This document shows, piece after piece, positions 44,435 through 55,375 of a stretch of 64,000 nucleotides of DNA. The stretch covers positions 2,195 through 66,194 of the forward strand of contig JBEKVC010000001.1 of NCBI GenBank assembly GCA_049514395.1. Direction: 5' to 3'. Position 1 is the first letter of the stretch; each line of letters begins with the position of its first letter. Made by a program: the position numbers and the translations under genes. The notes under the pieces are model-generated. The model worked only from the letters and a program-made list of their open reading frames with translations. It had not been told where the DNA came from and ran no database searches. Source of the DNA: Terriglobia bacterium (lineage in GTDB: Bacteria > Acidobacteriota > Terriglobia > UBA7540).

Positions 44435-44968
44435 ACCCGAGCCTCTTCACCAATTTCAGGGCCTGGATATGCATTCGTTTGACAAGTGATTTAAGAGAGT
44501 TAGATATAACCGGAGCAGGTCAACTGGTGAGATGGAAATGAACCCTAAGCTGATCGCGCAGCAAATGGGGAGTTTGGCACTCTTTATTAGGACAAATCAC
44601 GTTTGCTGGGAAAAACGCACAGTTGACGGTTTTTTCGCCCCTCGGCCATGATGCCCGATTCTCTGCGAAGCTTGCCTTTTCGACTGTCAGATGGGTTTCC
44701 ACCTGAGCCGTGGGTTTTCCTTATCTTTTATGGCATTTGAGGGCAGCGATTGGGCGGTGCTCATGGATGCGGCGAGCGGTCGCCGAAGCATACCGCTGGG
44801 CTTTTTCGACTTCCTATTCAACTGCCCATCTGGGTTGCCCGCAACAACCCCTTGCCTATACTCTTCAGTCGGCTTGGAAAGACGGTTGGGGAGGAGTCTC
44901 ACCGATGGGTTTGTGGGGTATTCTGGCTACAGGCCGTGTTGGGCATTCCAGTCACTATAAATAACGGC

Positions 44969-46594
44969 CTAATTCAACCGCACAACGAATGTGTCCGTCG
45001 CCAAGTTCGCCCTGCGGAGGCTTTTTGCCAGCGCGCACGCAGCGTCTTCGGTGCTCTCGTGACCAACGCGGACGCGGCAAAAGAGGCCGCCGCCGCGTTC
45101 GAAGTCCTGAATGATGACCGGCCCGAATTGAGATTCGATACGCTCCTTCAACCGCTCAGCGTTGCTCCGGTCTCTAAAGGCTCCCACCTGTACGGCGAAA
45201 ATTCCTTGGATCGCGCCGCCCGCCCCAAATTCCATAATCTCCTGGAGTACCTGTGCAGTGGATGGCATGTGCATGGCCTGAGCTGCCGCAGAAGAAGCTG
45301 TGACTTGCAAGGCTCCGTGCTTCCCGGCGAACGACTCACCCTCGTGCACCAAATACACCTGACCGAGCACTTCGACGATGGCTTCCTTCTCCCCGCCAGC
45401 CTTCTCCACATACCCGAGGGTACTGACTCCCGACTGAGTTCCCCTCCCGTCCGAAGGAAGAGTGGGTCCAACAGCGGGCGAGGTGGGCACAACGGCTTGC
45501 GGTATCTTCACTTCAAACCGACCGCCTGAGTAGTCAGCCAGGGGTTCGGGCTGCATGATACCGAACTGCTTAGACTCCAACTCTCCATTGTTAACACGGA
45601 TTCCTTGCAATTTGGCCACGGTGGAAGACTCAGACCCTGAAGCCACCAGAGGTGGCACGCCAGCCTCTCGAGTGGACGAGCTTGTCTGAAGGGGTTGGGA
45701 TTCGTGGCCAAATGAATCGGGCGGATTGATTGGAGCGGGTAACGCGTTCGCTACCTCGAGGTTGGCCGGGGTGGGCGCCGGGGCGCGGAAACTATTTGCG
45801 AACGACTTGGTCCCCGGGGCGAGGCGAACATGCTCCCCCTCGGCAAGGATTGCTTCAACCCGACCATCCGCTCTCTCCACATAGCCTAATTCCTGGCCGA
45901 CGGATGGTTCTGAAACGCTGGCAGCAGAACCGACAGCGATTCGGCGATTTGCGCCGGGGTTTGAAAGTACCACGGGAGTAGGCCGGGGGTGCACCTGCGG
46001 CGCCTTGTTAGCGGGGGCCTGCGCCACACCTCGTCCGATCTCCGCCACGAGGTGGGGCTCTGCGGCCGGGGCTGAGTTCTCTACAAGCTCCACAGTGGAG
46101 GAAGAGATCCTCGCGACCCTGAAATTGACTGCAAAGGTCTCGCCCTCATGCACAACCTGGACGCGCTGCCCCAGAGAGATGGTCGCCTCGACACGGCCAT
46201 CGGCTTTCTCGACATAGCTAAGAGGTTCCAGCTTGATCGTTTTGGGCTGGGGTGGAGCGATCGCCTGTGGGTGCGCCTCGGCGGGAGGCATGGAGACGAG
46301 GCGCTTTGCTTGCTCAGACTCGAAGAGATGCGGTGCGGCTTGAGCCAGCAGGTGCAGCCTGCTCATTGTCGCCGCAGTTGGACTCACCGCTGCCTCAGCG
46401 CGGCGCGGCTCGTTCTGTTCGCGGGAAGAGGCTGGAGGGTGTTCGCCTAATGAAACGGATCGAGCCGGGTCCACGCCGACGAGCCTCAGGGTTGGCTCTT
46501 TCCGAAACTGTCGGACCAGGACGTCTGGAAGCAACAGACACACTACAAGCACGATGCCGCTGATCCAGACTCCAAGGCGCCTGCTTCTGTTCAT
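44969..46594 (-). CDS. SPOR-domain (peptidoglycan-binding) protein with three internal repeats (541 aa)
   Basis: N-terminal TM anchor, then three LxYVEKADGRVEA...VHEGExF modules. The C-terminal SPOR domain reads FAVQVGAFRDRSNAERLKERI...FCRVRVGHESTEDAACALAKSL. Confidence 0.8.
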   Translation of the reverse strand: MNRSRRLGVWISGIVLVVCLLLPDVLVRQFRKEPTLRLVGVDPARSVSLGEHPPASSREQNEPRRAEAAVSPTAATMSRLHLLAQAAPHLFESEQAKRLVSMPPAEAHPQAIAPPQPKTIKLEPLSYVEKADGRVEATISLGQRVQVVHEGETFAVNFRVARISSSTVELVENSAPAAEPHLVAEIGRGVAQAPANKAPQVHPRPTPVVLSNPGANRRIAVGSAASVSEPSVGQELGYVERADGRVEAILAEGEHVRLAPGTKSFANSFRAPAPTPANLEVANALPAPINPPDSFGHESQPLQTSSSTREAGVPPLVASGSESSTVAKLQGIRVNNGELESKQFGIMQPEPLADYSGGRFEVKIPQAVVPTSPAVGPTLPSDGRGTQSGVSTLGYVEKAGGEKEAIVEVLGQVYLVHEGESFAGKHGALQVTASSAAAQAMHMPSTAQVLQEIMEFGAGGAIQGIFAVQVGAFRDRSNAERLKERIESQFGPVIIQDFERGGGLFCRVRVGHESTEDAACALAKSLRRANLATDTFVVRLN

Positions 46595-46755
46595 CGCATC
46601 AGTCCGGACTCAACTTTCAACCCGGAACTGGAAGAGAAACGACAATTTTATCATGCGACGGAGGCGATGTCAACAACAATCATGCCCGCTTCAACGACGA
46701 CCCACCTCGAATTCAGGCACAGACCGCAGACCCGAGGACAGTTCTCAAAAGCATT

Positions 46756-48039
46756 TCATCTCTGCACGGGAGTAAGCCGGACGTCATCCAGCCAAACCTT
46801 CCCCGAAATGAGATTGTCGAACTTCTTGCTTGGCAAGCGGACAAGCTTAACCACGATCAATTCGGTCTTTGGCCCGGTCGCGAAATCCAGGAGCAAAGAG
46901 GTCCATCCGTCGCTCCTGCCGGTCAAATCGTCAGTTAATTTGTCCAAGGCTGCAACATTGTAAGGATCGTACACTTCCAGGCGAAGGCCGCTGTCGGTTG
47001 TAATGTCTTCGGTTTTCATGAAGGCCTGAAGGCGGTAGGATTGCCCGGGTGATACTTTTACGTACTGGTAAAGGTGCTGGTACAGCAGGTTCTGCTTACC
47101 CGGGAATTGAACCAAGAGGGCGTGACTGGGCGAGTGATAGGTCGAGGTATCCAGACCCGCATAGACACCTTCAACCGAAATGATTCTCCAGTCAAAGCCC
47201 ATATTCAACAATTCGTCCTCGAAATCGCCGTTGGAGAGGAGATTCTTTTCGGATGGCAACGACGAGTATCGAATGAGCCCCTTTTTCTGGAGGTCAGTCC
47301 AAACCTGGTACGCCTCGTCCGCCCGTTGAGCGCCGATAAGGCTGTCGATGTATGGGGAACTCTGGCCGGGAGAAAATGCCTCTCGCCCGGCCACAATTCG
47401 TTTCCAGACGGCCTGTGCCTCATTCAAGCGACGCCCGGCGACCAGAAAATTCAAATAACTGAATTCGGTGGTGACTCGCTCAGGAATCAGTTGCTGAAGA
47501 ATCTTCCCAGCATCGTCGGTAGCCTTCCAAGCCAAGCCAAAGACATTGCTGTCATATTGAGAGGTACCGGCAAGCACAACCCTGAAATGCCGGAAAGCTT
47601 CGTCGATACTGCCCTGCAACAAGTAGAAATTAGCAATTGGCCATTGATAAGCAGGGAGATTTGGCGCCAGGAGATCCACCTGACGCAGGCAGGCTCCTGC
47701 CTCCGCTATTCGGCCCTGGAGCTCCAGCGCGGCCGCCAATTCGAGCCAAGTTTGAGGGTCATAGGAATCAAGATGCGCAGCGCGGCGAAGATGGTCCTCG
47801 GCCTTTTCAAGTTGCAGATTCGAGGGGCTGTACTCGTAAAGACCACCCAATCGCATATGGTAGTCGGCATTGCTCGGGTCGAGTTTGACTGCACGCTCGA
47901 GGTTGCCCACTGTCGGCCTACTCGCCAGCTCATATGCGAGGTAGGCCTTACCCACCCAGCCTGTCAGCAGCAGGAGCATTGCAGCCTCTACACTGACCAG
48001 CAACGCCCGTGCAGGTTTCGTTTTTATGGCAATTTGCAT
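46756..48039 (-). CDS. TPR-repeat protein with a C-terminal carbohydrate-binding-like beta-sandwich
   Basis: TM anchor and several TPR-like helical pairs (AVKLDPSNADYHMRLGGLYE, AAHLDSYDPQTWLELAAALE). The C-terminal roughly 150 aa begins NGDFED, which is typical of CBM4_9-type modules. Start at ATG 48039. The ORF is open to 48135. Confidence 0.7.
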   Translation of the reverse strand: MQIAIKTKPARALLVSVEAAMLLLLTGWVGKAYLAYELASRPTVGNLERAVKLDPSNADYHMRLGGLYEYSPSNLQLEKAEDHLRRAAHLDSYDPQTWLELAAALELQGRIAEAGACLRQVDLLAPNLPAYQWPIANFYLLQGSIDEAFRHFRVVLAGTSQYDSNVFGLAWKATDDAGKILQQLIPERVTTEFSYLNFLVAGRRLNEAQAVWKRIVAGREAFSPGQSSPYIDSLIGAQRADEAYQVWTDLQKKGLIRYSSLPSEKNLLSNGDFEDELLNMGFDWRIISVEGVYAGLDTSTYHSPSHALLVQFPGKQNLLYQHLYQYVKVSPGQSYRLQAFMKTEDITTDSGLRLEVYDPYNVAALDKLTDDLTGRSDGWTSLLLDFATGPKTELIVVKLVRLPSKKFDNLISGKVWLDDVRLTPVQR

Positions 48040-48541
48040 ACTCTCCGTCCCACTTGAGTTGGTAAGATCCGAATCCTGGCGCAGCTTGGGCAGCTTGACG
48101 CGCGCCTCCCGCGGTGTACAAACCCCATCCGGCATCCTCCCGCGAGGGCGCTACAGGGAGGGGAAATCCCTCATCGCCCTGGCCGGTAAGTGAAAACCTG
48201 CCGCTCACGCGGGGTCGCCTCCAATAACTAGAAATTGCGACTCTATTATACGATAGAAGTTCGGGAAACCAAGCATAGTTGATAGTTGGGTGGGAGCGAG
48301 TGCCCGAGATAGAGGTGATTCCCTGCACGGCTTTGCAGGAGTCAGGGAAAAACCACAAGCGGGTTTCCCTGAATCCCGAACATCAATACCCTTTTTCTGC
48401 GACCCGCCGGAAGCCCTTTCGCAACCGCACTCTCTCGAATCTCTTCCCCTAATATCAGGCTTGCAGATCACTGAACAACTTTGCAGCTTGTTGAAAGGCG
48501 CTGCAGCGGAGCAACTGGAGGTGTGTGAAGTTCATTTTAGA

Positions 48542-48570
48542 TTGACATTGTCTTGGCGCGCAGGTAGACT
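48542..48570 (+). promoter_or_regulatory. Candidate promoter of the EPS export operon
   Basis: TTGACA (48542-48547), a 17-nt spacer, then TAGACT (48565-48570). It lies 87 nt upstream of the wza-like ATG. Confidence 0.4.
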
Positions 48571-48656
48571 ATTCGCTTCAAGGTTTCACGCGCGAATCTC
48601 CTCACCGACTTGCTCACAGCGAGGCGCCGAGAGATGCAATCAATATCGAGGCGGAA

Positions 48657-49739
48657 ATGAAGGGTCTTCTGGAACGTGTATTTTGGGGGCTCACCGTTTT
48701 TCTGTGGCCCGTGTTTCTCCTTACCTTGCCACAATTGCGCGCGCAGGATGCCCAGGATAAGCCTCCTTCCCAGGACATCCAAGGGATTCAAGATTCCACG
48801 GACAACGCGGATACAACAGAGCGAAAGACGCAAGAAAATTCTGACCAGCACTTCGGTGGCCCCATCGGTTCCAATTACATACTGGGACCTGAGGACGTGA
48901 TCAATATCGAGGTCTTTAACGTTCCTGAATTGTCAAAAATCGTTCGAGTTGCCAACGATGGGATGATTTCCCTCCCCTTAATCGGCCGCGTCCAAGCGGC
49001 CGGTTTGACCGCGGAGCAGCTCCGGAAAGAGCTGGAGGACAAATGGGGTGAGAATTACCTCCAGGACCCTCAGGTAACGGTTTTTGTTAACCAATTCAAG
49101 GCCAAGCCTGTATCCGTCATTGGGGCAGTGGAAAAGCCTGGGCTTTATCCCCTTACTGGCCGGCGCACCCTGATTGAAATGCTCTCGATGGCGGGTGGTT
49201 TCGGCAAGCGCGGCACATCGGCGGCGGGACGCACAGTTCTGGTCACGCGCAAGAGTGGCTTTGGCGATTTGCAGCCGGTGGATGGAATGCACATTCGCGG
49301 GCCGGACCAAGTTGAAATCGACCTCAACAGGCTCCTCTACACGAAGGATGAAGCCCTCAACATTGAGATGAAGCCTCTCGACATCATCTCCGTAAGCAAG
49401 GCCGAGGTTGTTTATGTGACAGGGGCGGTGAAGCGGCCAGGGGGGTTTGTCCTTGAAGATCGCCCCAGCTTGACGGTTCTCCAGGCAGTCGCAATGGCGG
49501 AAGGGTTTACGTCAACTGCGGGAAAGAAATCCGCTCGTATTTTGAGAACTAACCAGGATGGGTCAAAGACAGAAGTTCCTATTGACCTGGCGAAGATTAT
49601 AAAAGGAAAGGCACAGGACACGACGCTGGCGGCGAATGACATCCTCTTTGTTCCCGACAGCAAGCAGAAAATCGTGGGCCAACGGGCTATCGACGCCAGT
49701 GTATCCACTTTCTCGGGATGGCTCATTTGGGCCCATTAA
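48657..49739 (+). CDS. wza: Polysaccharide export outer-membrane protein (Wza-like: Poly_export plus SLBB domains)
   Basis: YILGPEDVINIEVF...ISLPLIGRVQAAGLTAEQL and the repeated SLBB-like GAVKRPGGF block. Signal peptide present. Confidence 0.88.
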   Translation: MKGLLERVFWGLTVFLWPVFLLTLPQLRAQDAQDKPPSQDIQGIQDSTDNADTTERKTQENSDQHFGGPIGSNYILGPEDVINIEVFNVPELSKIVRVANDGMISLPLIGRVQAAGLTAEQLRKELEDKWGENYLQDPQVTVFVNQFKAKPVSVIGAVEKPGLYPLTGRRTLIEMLSMAGGFGKRGTSAAGRTVLVTRKSGFGDLQPVDGMHIRGPDQVEIDLNRLLYTKDEALNIEMKPLDIISVSKAEVVYVTGAVKRPGGFVLEDRPSLTVLQAVAMAEGFTSTAGKKSARILRTNQDGSKTEVPIDLAKIIKGKAQDTTLAANDILFVPDSKQKIVGQRAIDASVSTFSGWLIWAH

Positions 49740-49770
49740 GATGGGTGACCCAGCTTCGACTTGGTGATTA

Positions 49771-52086
49771 ATGGCCAACGCAGAAGTCCCCACTACCGAC
49801 CCCGCTCAGAGCTTGGTTCTTTCAGGCCCCCAGAGTTTGCGACAACCTATTGTGGCGTTGGATGTCTCGGCCGAAGAACTCCCGCACCTGCTTGATTATT
49901 TGCACGTCATTCTCAAACGGCGGTGGGTGGTTTTATCCTGCCTATTAATTGTCTTCACGACGGTGGCCATCGGTACGCTCAAGAAGAAGCCTATCTACGA
50001 GGGGAAAGTCTTAATCGAGATTAACCCTGAGCAGCCGAACGTTTTGAACTTCCAGGAAGTTCTCCAACTCACTTCCGTGGATATTGAAAGTTACCGGGAG
50101 ACTCAATACAAGGTTTTGCAAAGCCGAACCCTCGCCGAGCATGTGATCGATGACCTGAAACTGTGCCGCTACCCCGAATTCTACAAGGGGAGCTTGCTGT
50201 TCGGCTTGTTCCAGGTCGTCCCTGATAAGATTCCGAGTGCCTCAGACCCCGAACCTCCGGACCGCTCGATGGATGCCTACCGCAACACCGTGAGCCATTT
50301 CATAGACAACATCGACGTGAGTCCGGTTCGACGCAGTAACCTTGTCGAGTTATCCTTTTACTCGGAAAATGCTGAATTGGCGGCGCGCATCGCGAACCAG
50401 CTTTCTACGGAGTACATCGATCAAAACCTTCAGGTGAAGTGGGATGAGGCCAACAAGGCGTCGGAGTGGCTTTCAGGAAAACTCGTGGGGCTCAAGGCCA
50501 AGCTTGAAAAGTCCGATGATGCCTTGCAGTCCTACGCGCGAGCCAACTCCATCATATTTGTTGAAGAGAAGCAGAATCTCGTCAACGAACGGCTCAAGCA
50601 GCTTCAGGAAGAATATACGAAAGCCCAAGCCCTGCGTTTTCAAAAGGAATCGCTTTATAACTTGGTGCAGGCCGGCAGGGTTCAGGATCTGCCGGGCGTT
50701 CTATCAAATGGTCTGATCCAAAATCTGGCCACCCGCTTGGCAGAACTGGAGCGCGATTACGCCCAACTGACGGCCACAGTGAAACCTGAATACCCTAAAG
50801 CCATAGCTTTGAAAAAGCAAATCGATGCGATGCAGGCATCCCTTGACCGTCAGAAGAAGGCCCTGGGCGAAAACATTGTGGATGACTATCGGTCCGCGTT
50901 GGCCAACGAGAAGTATTTGGCTCAAGCCCTGGACGAGCAGAAAAAGGAAGTGAATGATGTTGCTGAGAAATCCATCCAATACAATATCCTGAAGCGCGAG
51001 GTGGATGCCAACAAGCAGCTTTACGAAGGCCTCCTGACGCGCATGAAGGAGGCTACGGTCTCGGCCGGACTGACAGCCAGCAACGTTCGGATCGTGGACA
51101 CCGCTCAGGTACCCAAAGCCCCCGTGAAGCCAAGAGTAGCCCTCAACTTGGCGCTGGGCATCGTTCTAGGTGCTGCCTTTGGCGTCGGGCTGGCTTTCTT
51201 GCAGGAATACCTCGACAATACACTCAAAACACCCGATGAAGTGGAGAGGTTGTTGCGCTTGCCATCGCTCGGCCTCCTTCCGGACTATAGCCCCGACGGC
51301 ACAGGCAAGGGCAGCGATAAGGGACTGGCCACGGTAAAGCACGGTAGCGACGGCGCCATTGCCCCGGCAGTTCAGACCGGACGTGAGGCTGTAGAGGCCT
51401 ATCGCTCGCTTCGCACTTCGATTCTGCTTTCTGCCCACCCTGTGCCGAAGATGCTTCTGATTACAAGCGCCGTGCCGTCTGAAGGCAAGACTACCATAAC
51501 GGTCAACCTGGGAGCTATGCTCGCCAGCCTGGGAAGCAAGGTGGTGATTGTTGATTGCGACATGCGGAAGCCTTCCTGCCACCGGTCGACAGGCGTGGAA
51601 AACAAACCGGGCTTTGTCCAGTGCCTCACGGGCCACGTTGAGCTGGCCGATGCCATCCTGCCGGTGCCCGGCGTTCCGAACTTAAGCGTGATTCCTTGCG
51701 GGCCCATTCCGCCCAACCCGGCAGAAGTTCTTTCCTCGCCCGTCACGCCGGAATTGTTAAACAAGCTGCGGTCGCAGTTTGAATACGTGCTTGTCGATTC
51801 TCCACCTTTGCTGACCGTCTCCGACAGCCGAATACTTTCCACTCTTACCGACGCAGTGGTGCTAGTAACAAGGGCCTACGGTACGCCTTACGACGTCGTC
51901 CGCCGCGCCCGAGAATTACTTTACCATACCGGCGCCCGCATTCTCGGCGTGGCGTTGAACAGTGTTGACGTGCACAAGCAAGGCGGCTACGGGTATGGCA
52001 ATGGGTATGGCTATTACCGCTACGGGTACGGGTATGGGTACGGGCAGGACACCAACGAGGATTCCGCCAGCCAATCTGAATCGTAG
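49771..52086 (+). CDS. Polysaccharide co-polymerase / tyrosine autokinase (Wzc/GumC-like, 771 aa)
   Basis: Wzz-type N-terminal TM plus coiled-coil, then a second TM. Walker A is SAVPSEGKTTITVNLG, followed by VIVDCDMRKP and VLVDSPPLL. C-terminal Tyr cluster GGYGYGNGYGYYRYGYGYGYG. Confidence 0.9.
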   Translation: MANAEVPTTDPAQSLVLSGPQSLRQPIVALDVSAEELPHLLDYLHVILKRRWVVLSCLLIVFTTVAIGTLKKKPIYEGKVLIEINPEQPNVLNFQEVLQLTSVDIESYRETQYKVLQSRTLAEHVIDDLKLCRYPEFYKGSLLFGLFQVVPDKIPSASDPEPPDRSMDAYRNTVSHFIDNIDVSPVRRSNLVELSFYSENAELAARIANQLSTEYIDQNLQVKWDEANKASEWLSGKLVGLKAKLEKSDDALQSYARANSIIFVEEKQNLVNERLKQLQEEYTKAQALRFQKESLYNLVQAGRVQDLPGVLSNGLIQNLATRLAELERDYAQLTATVKPEYPKAIALKKQIDAMQASLDRQKKALGENIVDDYRSALANEKYLAQALDEQKKEVNDVAEKSIQYNILKREVDANKQLYEGLLTRMKEATVSAGLTASNVRIVDTAQVPKAPVKPRVALNLALGIVLGAAFGVGLAFLQEYLDNTLKTPDEVERLLRLPSLGLLPDYSPDGTGKGSDKGLATVKHGSDGAIAPAVQTGREAVEAYRSLRTSILLSAHPVPKMLLITSAVPSEGKTTITVNLGAMLASLGSKVVIVDCDMRKPSCHRSTGVENKPGFVQCLTGHVELADAILPVPGVPNLSVIPCGPIPPNPAEVLSSPVTPELLNKLRSQFEYVLVDSPPLLTVSDSRILSTLTDAVVLVTRAYGTPYDVVRRARELLYHTGARILGVALNSVDVHKQGGYGYGNGYGYYRYGYGYGYGQDTNEDSASQSES

Positions 52087-52242
52087 GAGTCAGGCGCTAC
52101 AAGGCTGGGAAGTTGCGACCGGCGGCTGCAGGTCAGGCAAGATTGCTTCCAACTCGAACCGAACCTCGAGTAATGCCTCTCAGGTTAGCAGGGCAATTCC
52201 GACGCTCCTAAACCCAGTCAGCGGGGGAATTTTCAAGACGAC

Positions 52243-53028
52243 ATGAAAGCTAAAGTTGTGATTCTCTGTGGTGGTATGGGAACCCGCCTCCGGGAGGAAA
52301 CGGAGTACCGCCCCAAGCCGCTTGTTGAGATCGGAGGTAAACCCGTCCTCTGGCACATTATGAAGATCTATGCCCATTACGGGTTTAATGATTTCATACT
52401 GTGCTTGGGGTACAAGGGCGCGATGATCAAAGAGTACTTTTTGAATTACCGCCTCATGAACAGTGACTTTACTTTGCGCCTCAACTCTCAAGAGGATCCT
52501 GAATTCCACGGGACCGAGATGCAAGACCAGTGGTCAATCACCTTTGCGGACACCGGAGCCGAAGCGATGACCGGCGCCCGGGTCAAGCGCATTGAGCGGT
52601 ACGTTACCGAAGACCACTTCATGATGACTTACGGTGACGGCGTAACAGACCTCGATATCTGTAAGCTATGGGAATTCCACCTTGGCCACGGCAAGATCGG
52701 GACAGTGACTGGCGTTCATCCGCTCTCCCGCTACGGCGAATTATCCCTGCAAGGTTCACAGGTGAACGAATTTAACGAAAAGCCCTTGGATCAGAGCGGA
52801 TTTATCAGCGGCGGCTTTTTTGTCTTTCAGCGCAAGTTCTTTGATTATCTCACCGACGACGACAGTTGCGTTCTTGAAGGAGAGCCGCTGGAGCGACTGA
52901 CACGGGAAGGCCAGTTCGTTGGTTATCTCCATCATGGATTCTGGCACTGCATGGATACCTACCGGGACTTTCTTGCCTTGAACGAGTCCTGGAAGAAAGG
53001 TGCTCCGTGGCAAGTGTGGGCAGACTGA
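52243..53028 (+). CDS. rfbF: Glucose-1-phosphate cytidylyltransferase
   Basis: KVVILCGGMGTRLREETEYRPKPLVEIGGKPVLWHIMKIYAHYGFNDFILCLGYKG is the canonical RfbF N-terminus. Confidence 0.92.
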   Translation: MKAKVVILCGGMGTRLREETEYRPKPLVEIGGKPVLWHIMKIYAHYGFNDFILCLGYKGAMIKEYFLNYRLMNSDFTLRLNSQEDPEFHGTEMQDQWSITFADTGAEAMTGARVKRIERYVTEDHFMMTYGDGVTDLDICKLWEFHLGHGKIGTVTGVHPLSRYGELSLQGSQVNEFNEKPLDQSGFISGGFFVFQRKFFDYLTDDDSCVLEGEPLERLTREGQFVGYLHHGFWHCMDTYRDFLALNESWKKGAPWQVWAD

Positions 53029-53048
53029 GTACGGCTCACAGGGAATGA

Positions 53049-54077
53049 TTGTTGAGAGTTCTACTAACAGGTGACCGAGGCTACCTCGGCACAGTGATGG
53101 TTCAATATTTGCGGAACTTGGGACACCAGGTCACCGGGCTGGACACCGATTACTACTTTGACGGCGACCTGGTCAAGCCGCCGGAAGATTATCCCCGTCT
53201 CAAGACGGACATTCGTGACGTGACTGGCGAGGAACTGAAGGGCTTTGATGCGGTAATACATCTAGCCGCCCTGTCGAATGACCCTTTGGGTGATCTGAGA
53301 CCGGAGTGGACATACGACATCAACTACAACGCTTCCGTGCGGCTGGGTGAGCAGGCCAAGGAAGCAGGAGTGCGGCGTTTCTTGTACGCTTCTTCTTGTA
53401 GTTTGTACGGGGCGGCAGGCGAGGAAACACTCAAAGAGGATGCCCCGATGCGTCCCCTGACTCCGTACGCGAAGTCCAAAGTTCGAACCGAAGAGGCGCT
53501 TTCTGCGCTCGCTGATAGCCACTTTGCTCCCACGTTTTTGCGGAATGCAACTGTTTATGGAGTTTCGCCGCGCCTTCGTTTGGACATTGTCCTTAACAAT
53601 CTCGTAGGTTGGGCGGTGACTGTCGGAAAGATCCAGATAATGTCTGATGGCTCTCCTTGGCGTCCCATCGTCCACGTCCAGGATGTCGCCCAGGCTTTCG
53701 CCTGTGTGCTCCAGGCTCCCCTGGAACTCGTTTGCAACCACGCTTTCAATGTGGGCGTGAATAGCGAAAACTATCAGGTACGGGAGCTTGCAGCAATCGT
53801 CCAGCAGGTTGCCCCCACCTGTTCCATCGAGTACAGCGGAAAGGCGGGCCCCGATCCTCGCAATTACCGAGTGGATTTTAGCAAGCTGGAACGAGCCTTT
53901 CCTGCCTTCCGTCCCAACTGGAACGCATTGCAAGGGGCCCGCGAGCTTTACGCAGCCTATCGCGCCGCGGGCATGACAGCGGAGGACTTCCACGGCCGTA
54001 AGTTCACGCGATTAAAACAACTGACGTACTTGCTCGAGACCGGACGACTGGACGATTCCTTGCGCTGGAAGCGGTAG
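53049..54077 (+). CDS. NAD-dependent epimerase/dehydratase (extended SDR), candidate CDP-hexose dehydratase/epimerase
   Basis: [12 protein letters not shown] Rossmann motif, SSCSLYG and catalytic YAKSK. TTG start. Confidence 0.85.
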   Translation: MLRVLLTGDRGYLGTVMVQYLRNLGHQVTGLDTDYYFDGDLVKPPEDYPRLKTDIRDVTGEELKGFDAVIHLAALSNDPLGDLRPEWTYDINYNASVRLGEQAKEAGVRRFLYASSCSLYGAAGEETLKEDAPMRPLTPYAKSKVRTEEALSALADSHFAPTFLRNATVYGVSPRLRLDIVLNNLVGWAVTVGKIQIMSDGSPWRPIVHVQDVAQAFACVLQAPLELVCNHAFNVGVNSENYQVRELAAIVQQVAPTCSIEYSGKAGPDPRNYRVDFSKLERAFPAFRPNWNALQGARELYAAYRAAGMTAEDFHGRKFTRLKQLTYLLETGRLDDSLRWKR

Positions 54078-54084
54078 AACTCAA

Positions 54085-55317
54085 ATGCCCAGCCCAATTT
54101 CATGCCGATCCTGTGGTAGCGCCCGGCTCGAGATCATTCTTCGGCTCGGCCAGATGCCTCTGGCGAACGCCTACCTAACCCGTGAGGAGCTTGCCCGTCC
54201 GGAGCAAAGGTATCCGTTGGACTTGGCTTTCTGTCCCTCCTGTTCGCTGGTTCAAATCACAGAAACCGTGCCTCCCGACGTGCTGTTTCGTGAATATCTT
54301 TATTTTTCTTCATACTCCGACACGGTAGTCCGGAACGCCGAAGAAATCGTCACGCGTCTCATCGCTTCCCGAAATCTGAACGGCAACAGCCTCGCGGGGG
54401 AGATTGCCAGTAACGATGGCTACCTGCTGCAGTTTTACGAGCGTGCTGGCATACCGGTCCTGGGTATCGAACCCGCGGCAAACATCGCAAAGGTGGCGGT
54501 CGAAGAGCGGGGCATTCGCACCTTATGCGACTTCTTTGGTGCAGATTTGGCCCGGAGACTCCGGGATCAGGGCGAATGTGTTGACGTGCTGCATGGCAAT
54601 AATGTACTGGCCCACGTTGCCGGCCTCAACGGGTTCGTCGCTGGCATCCAGTTGCTTCTGAAGGACGAGGGAGTTGCGGTCATCGAAGTTCCTTATCTTA
54701 TGGAAATGATCGATTGCTGCGAGTTCGACACAATCTACCACGAACACTTGTGCTACTTCTCGGTAACCGCACTGCAGAACCTCTTCCGGCGGCATCAACT
54801 GGAGATTCAAGACGTGGAGAGGCTGCCAATCCACGGCGGCTCAATTCGATTGTTTCTTAGACACCGCGATGCCGTTGATCCAACGCCCGCCGTGTCGCAA
54901 CTGCTCGATCAGGAAGCTTCCTGGGGTGTCAACAAGTTTGGCTTTTACAGCGGTTTCGCGGACCGTGTCGAGCAGGTCAAGGGCTCGCTTTGCCGTTTTC
55001 TCACGGATTTGAAGGGCAAGGGGGCCCGAGTGGCCGCATACGGCGCAGCCGCCAAGGGCAGCACGCTCCTGAATTACTGCGGCATCGGTCAGGAATGGTT
55101 GGATTTCGTGGTCGATCGAAGTCCGTACAAGCAGGGGCGATACATGCCCGGCGTCCATCTTCCCATCTATCCGCCACAGAAGCTCCTGGAGGCAATGCCG
55201 GATTACACGCTTCTGCTGACCTGGAACTTCGCTGACGAAATTCTGGCGCAACAGGCGGAATACCGGCAGCGAGGTGGCAAGTTCATCATCCCGATTCCGG
55301 AAGTCCGCATCGTCTAG
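54085..55317 (+). CDS. NDP-hexose C-methyltransferase-type class I SAM methyltransferase (zinc ribbon + MTase + C-methyltransferase C-terminal domain)
   Basis: N-terminal CRSCGS...CPSCSL, SAM region [10 protein letters not shown] and a C-terminal Rossmann-like block [18 protein letters not shown], as in TylCIII-type enzymes. Confidence 0.8.
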   Translation: MPSPISCRSCGSARLEIILRLGQMPLANAYLTREELARPEQRYPLDLAFCPSCSLVQITETVPPDVLFREYLYFSSYSDTVVRNAEEIVTRLIASRNLNGNSLAGEIASNDGYLLQFYERAGIPVLGIEPAANIAKVAVEERGIRTLCDFFGADLARRLRDQGECVDVLHGNNVLAHVAGLNGFVAGIQLLLKDEGVAVIEVPYLMEMIDCCEFDTIYHEHLCYFSVTALQNLFRRHQLEIQDVERLPIHGGSIRLFLRHRDAVDPTPAVSQLLDQEASWGVNKFGFYSGFADRVEQVKGSLCRFLTDLKGKGARVAAYGAAAKGSTLLNYCGIGQEWLDFVVDRSPYKQGRYMPGVHLPIYPPQKLLEAMPDYTLLLTWNFADEILAQQAEYRQRGGKFIIPIPEVRIV

Positions 55318-55375
55318 AGTGGACAGCGGAGCCGTAGCTGCCGGCCGACCGGAAGCTTTCAGTAAGGGGACTACC

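Noticed and set aside
44750-45529. 259-aa plus-strand ORF
   Set aside because: It is antisense to the SPOR-domain gene, whose C-terminal SPOR motif and internal repeats are clear. The antisense translation has no features.
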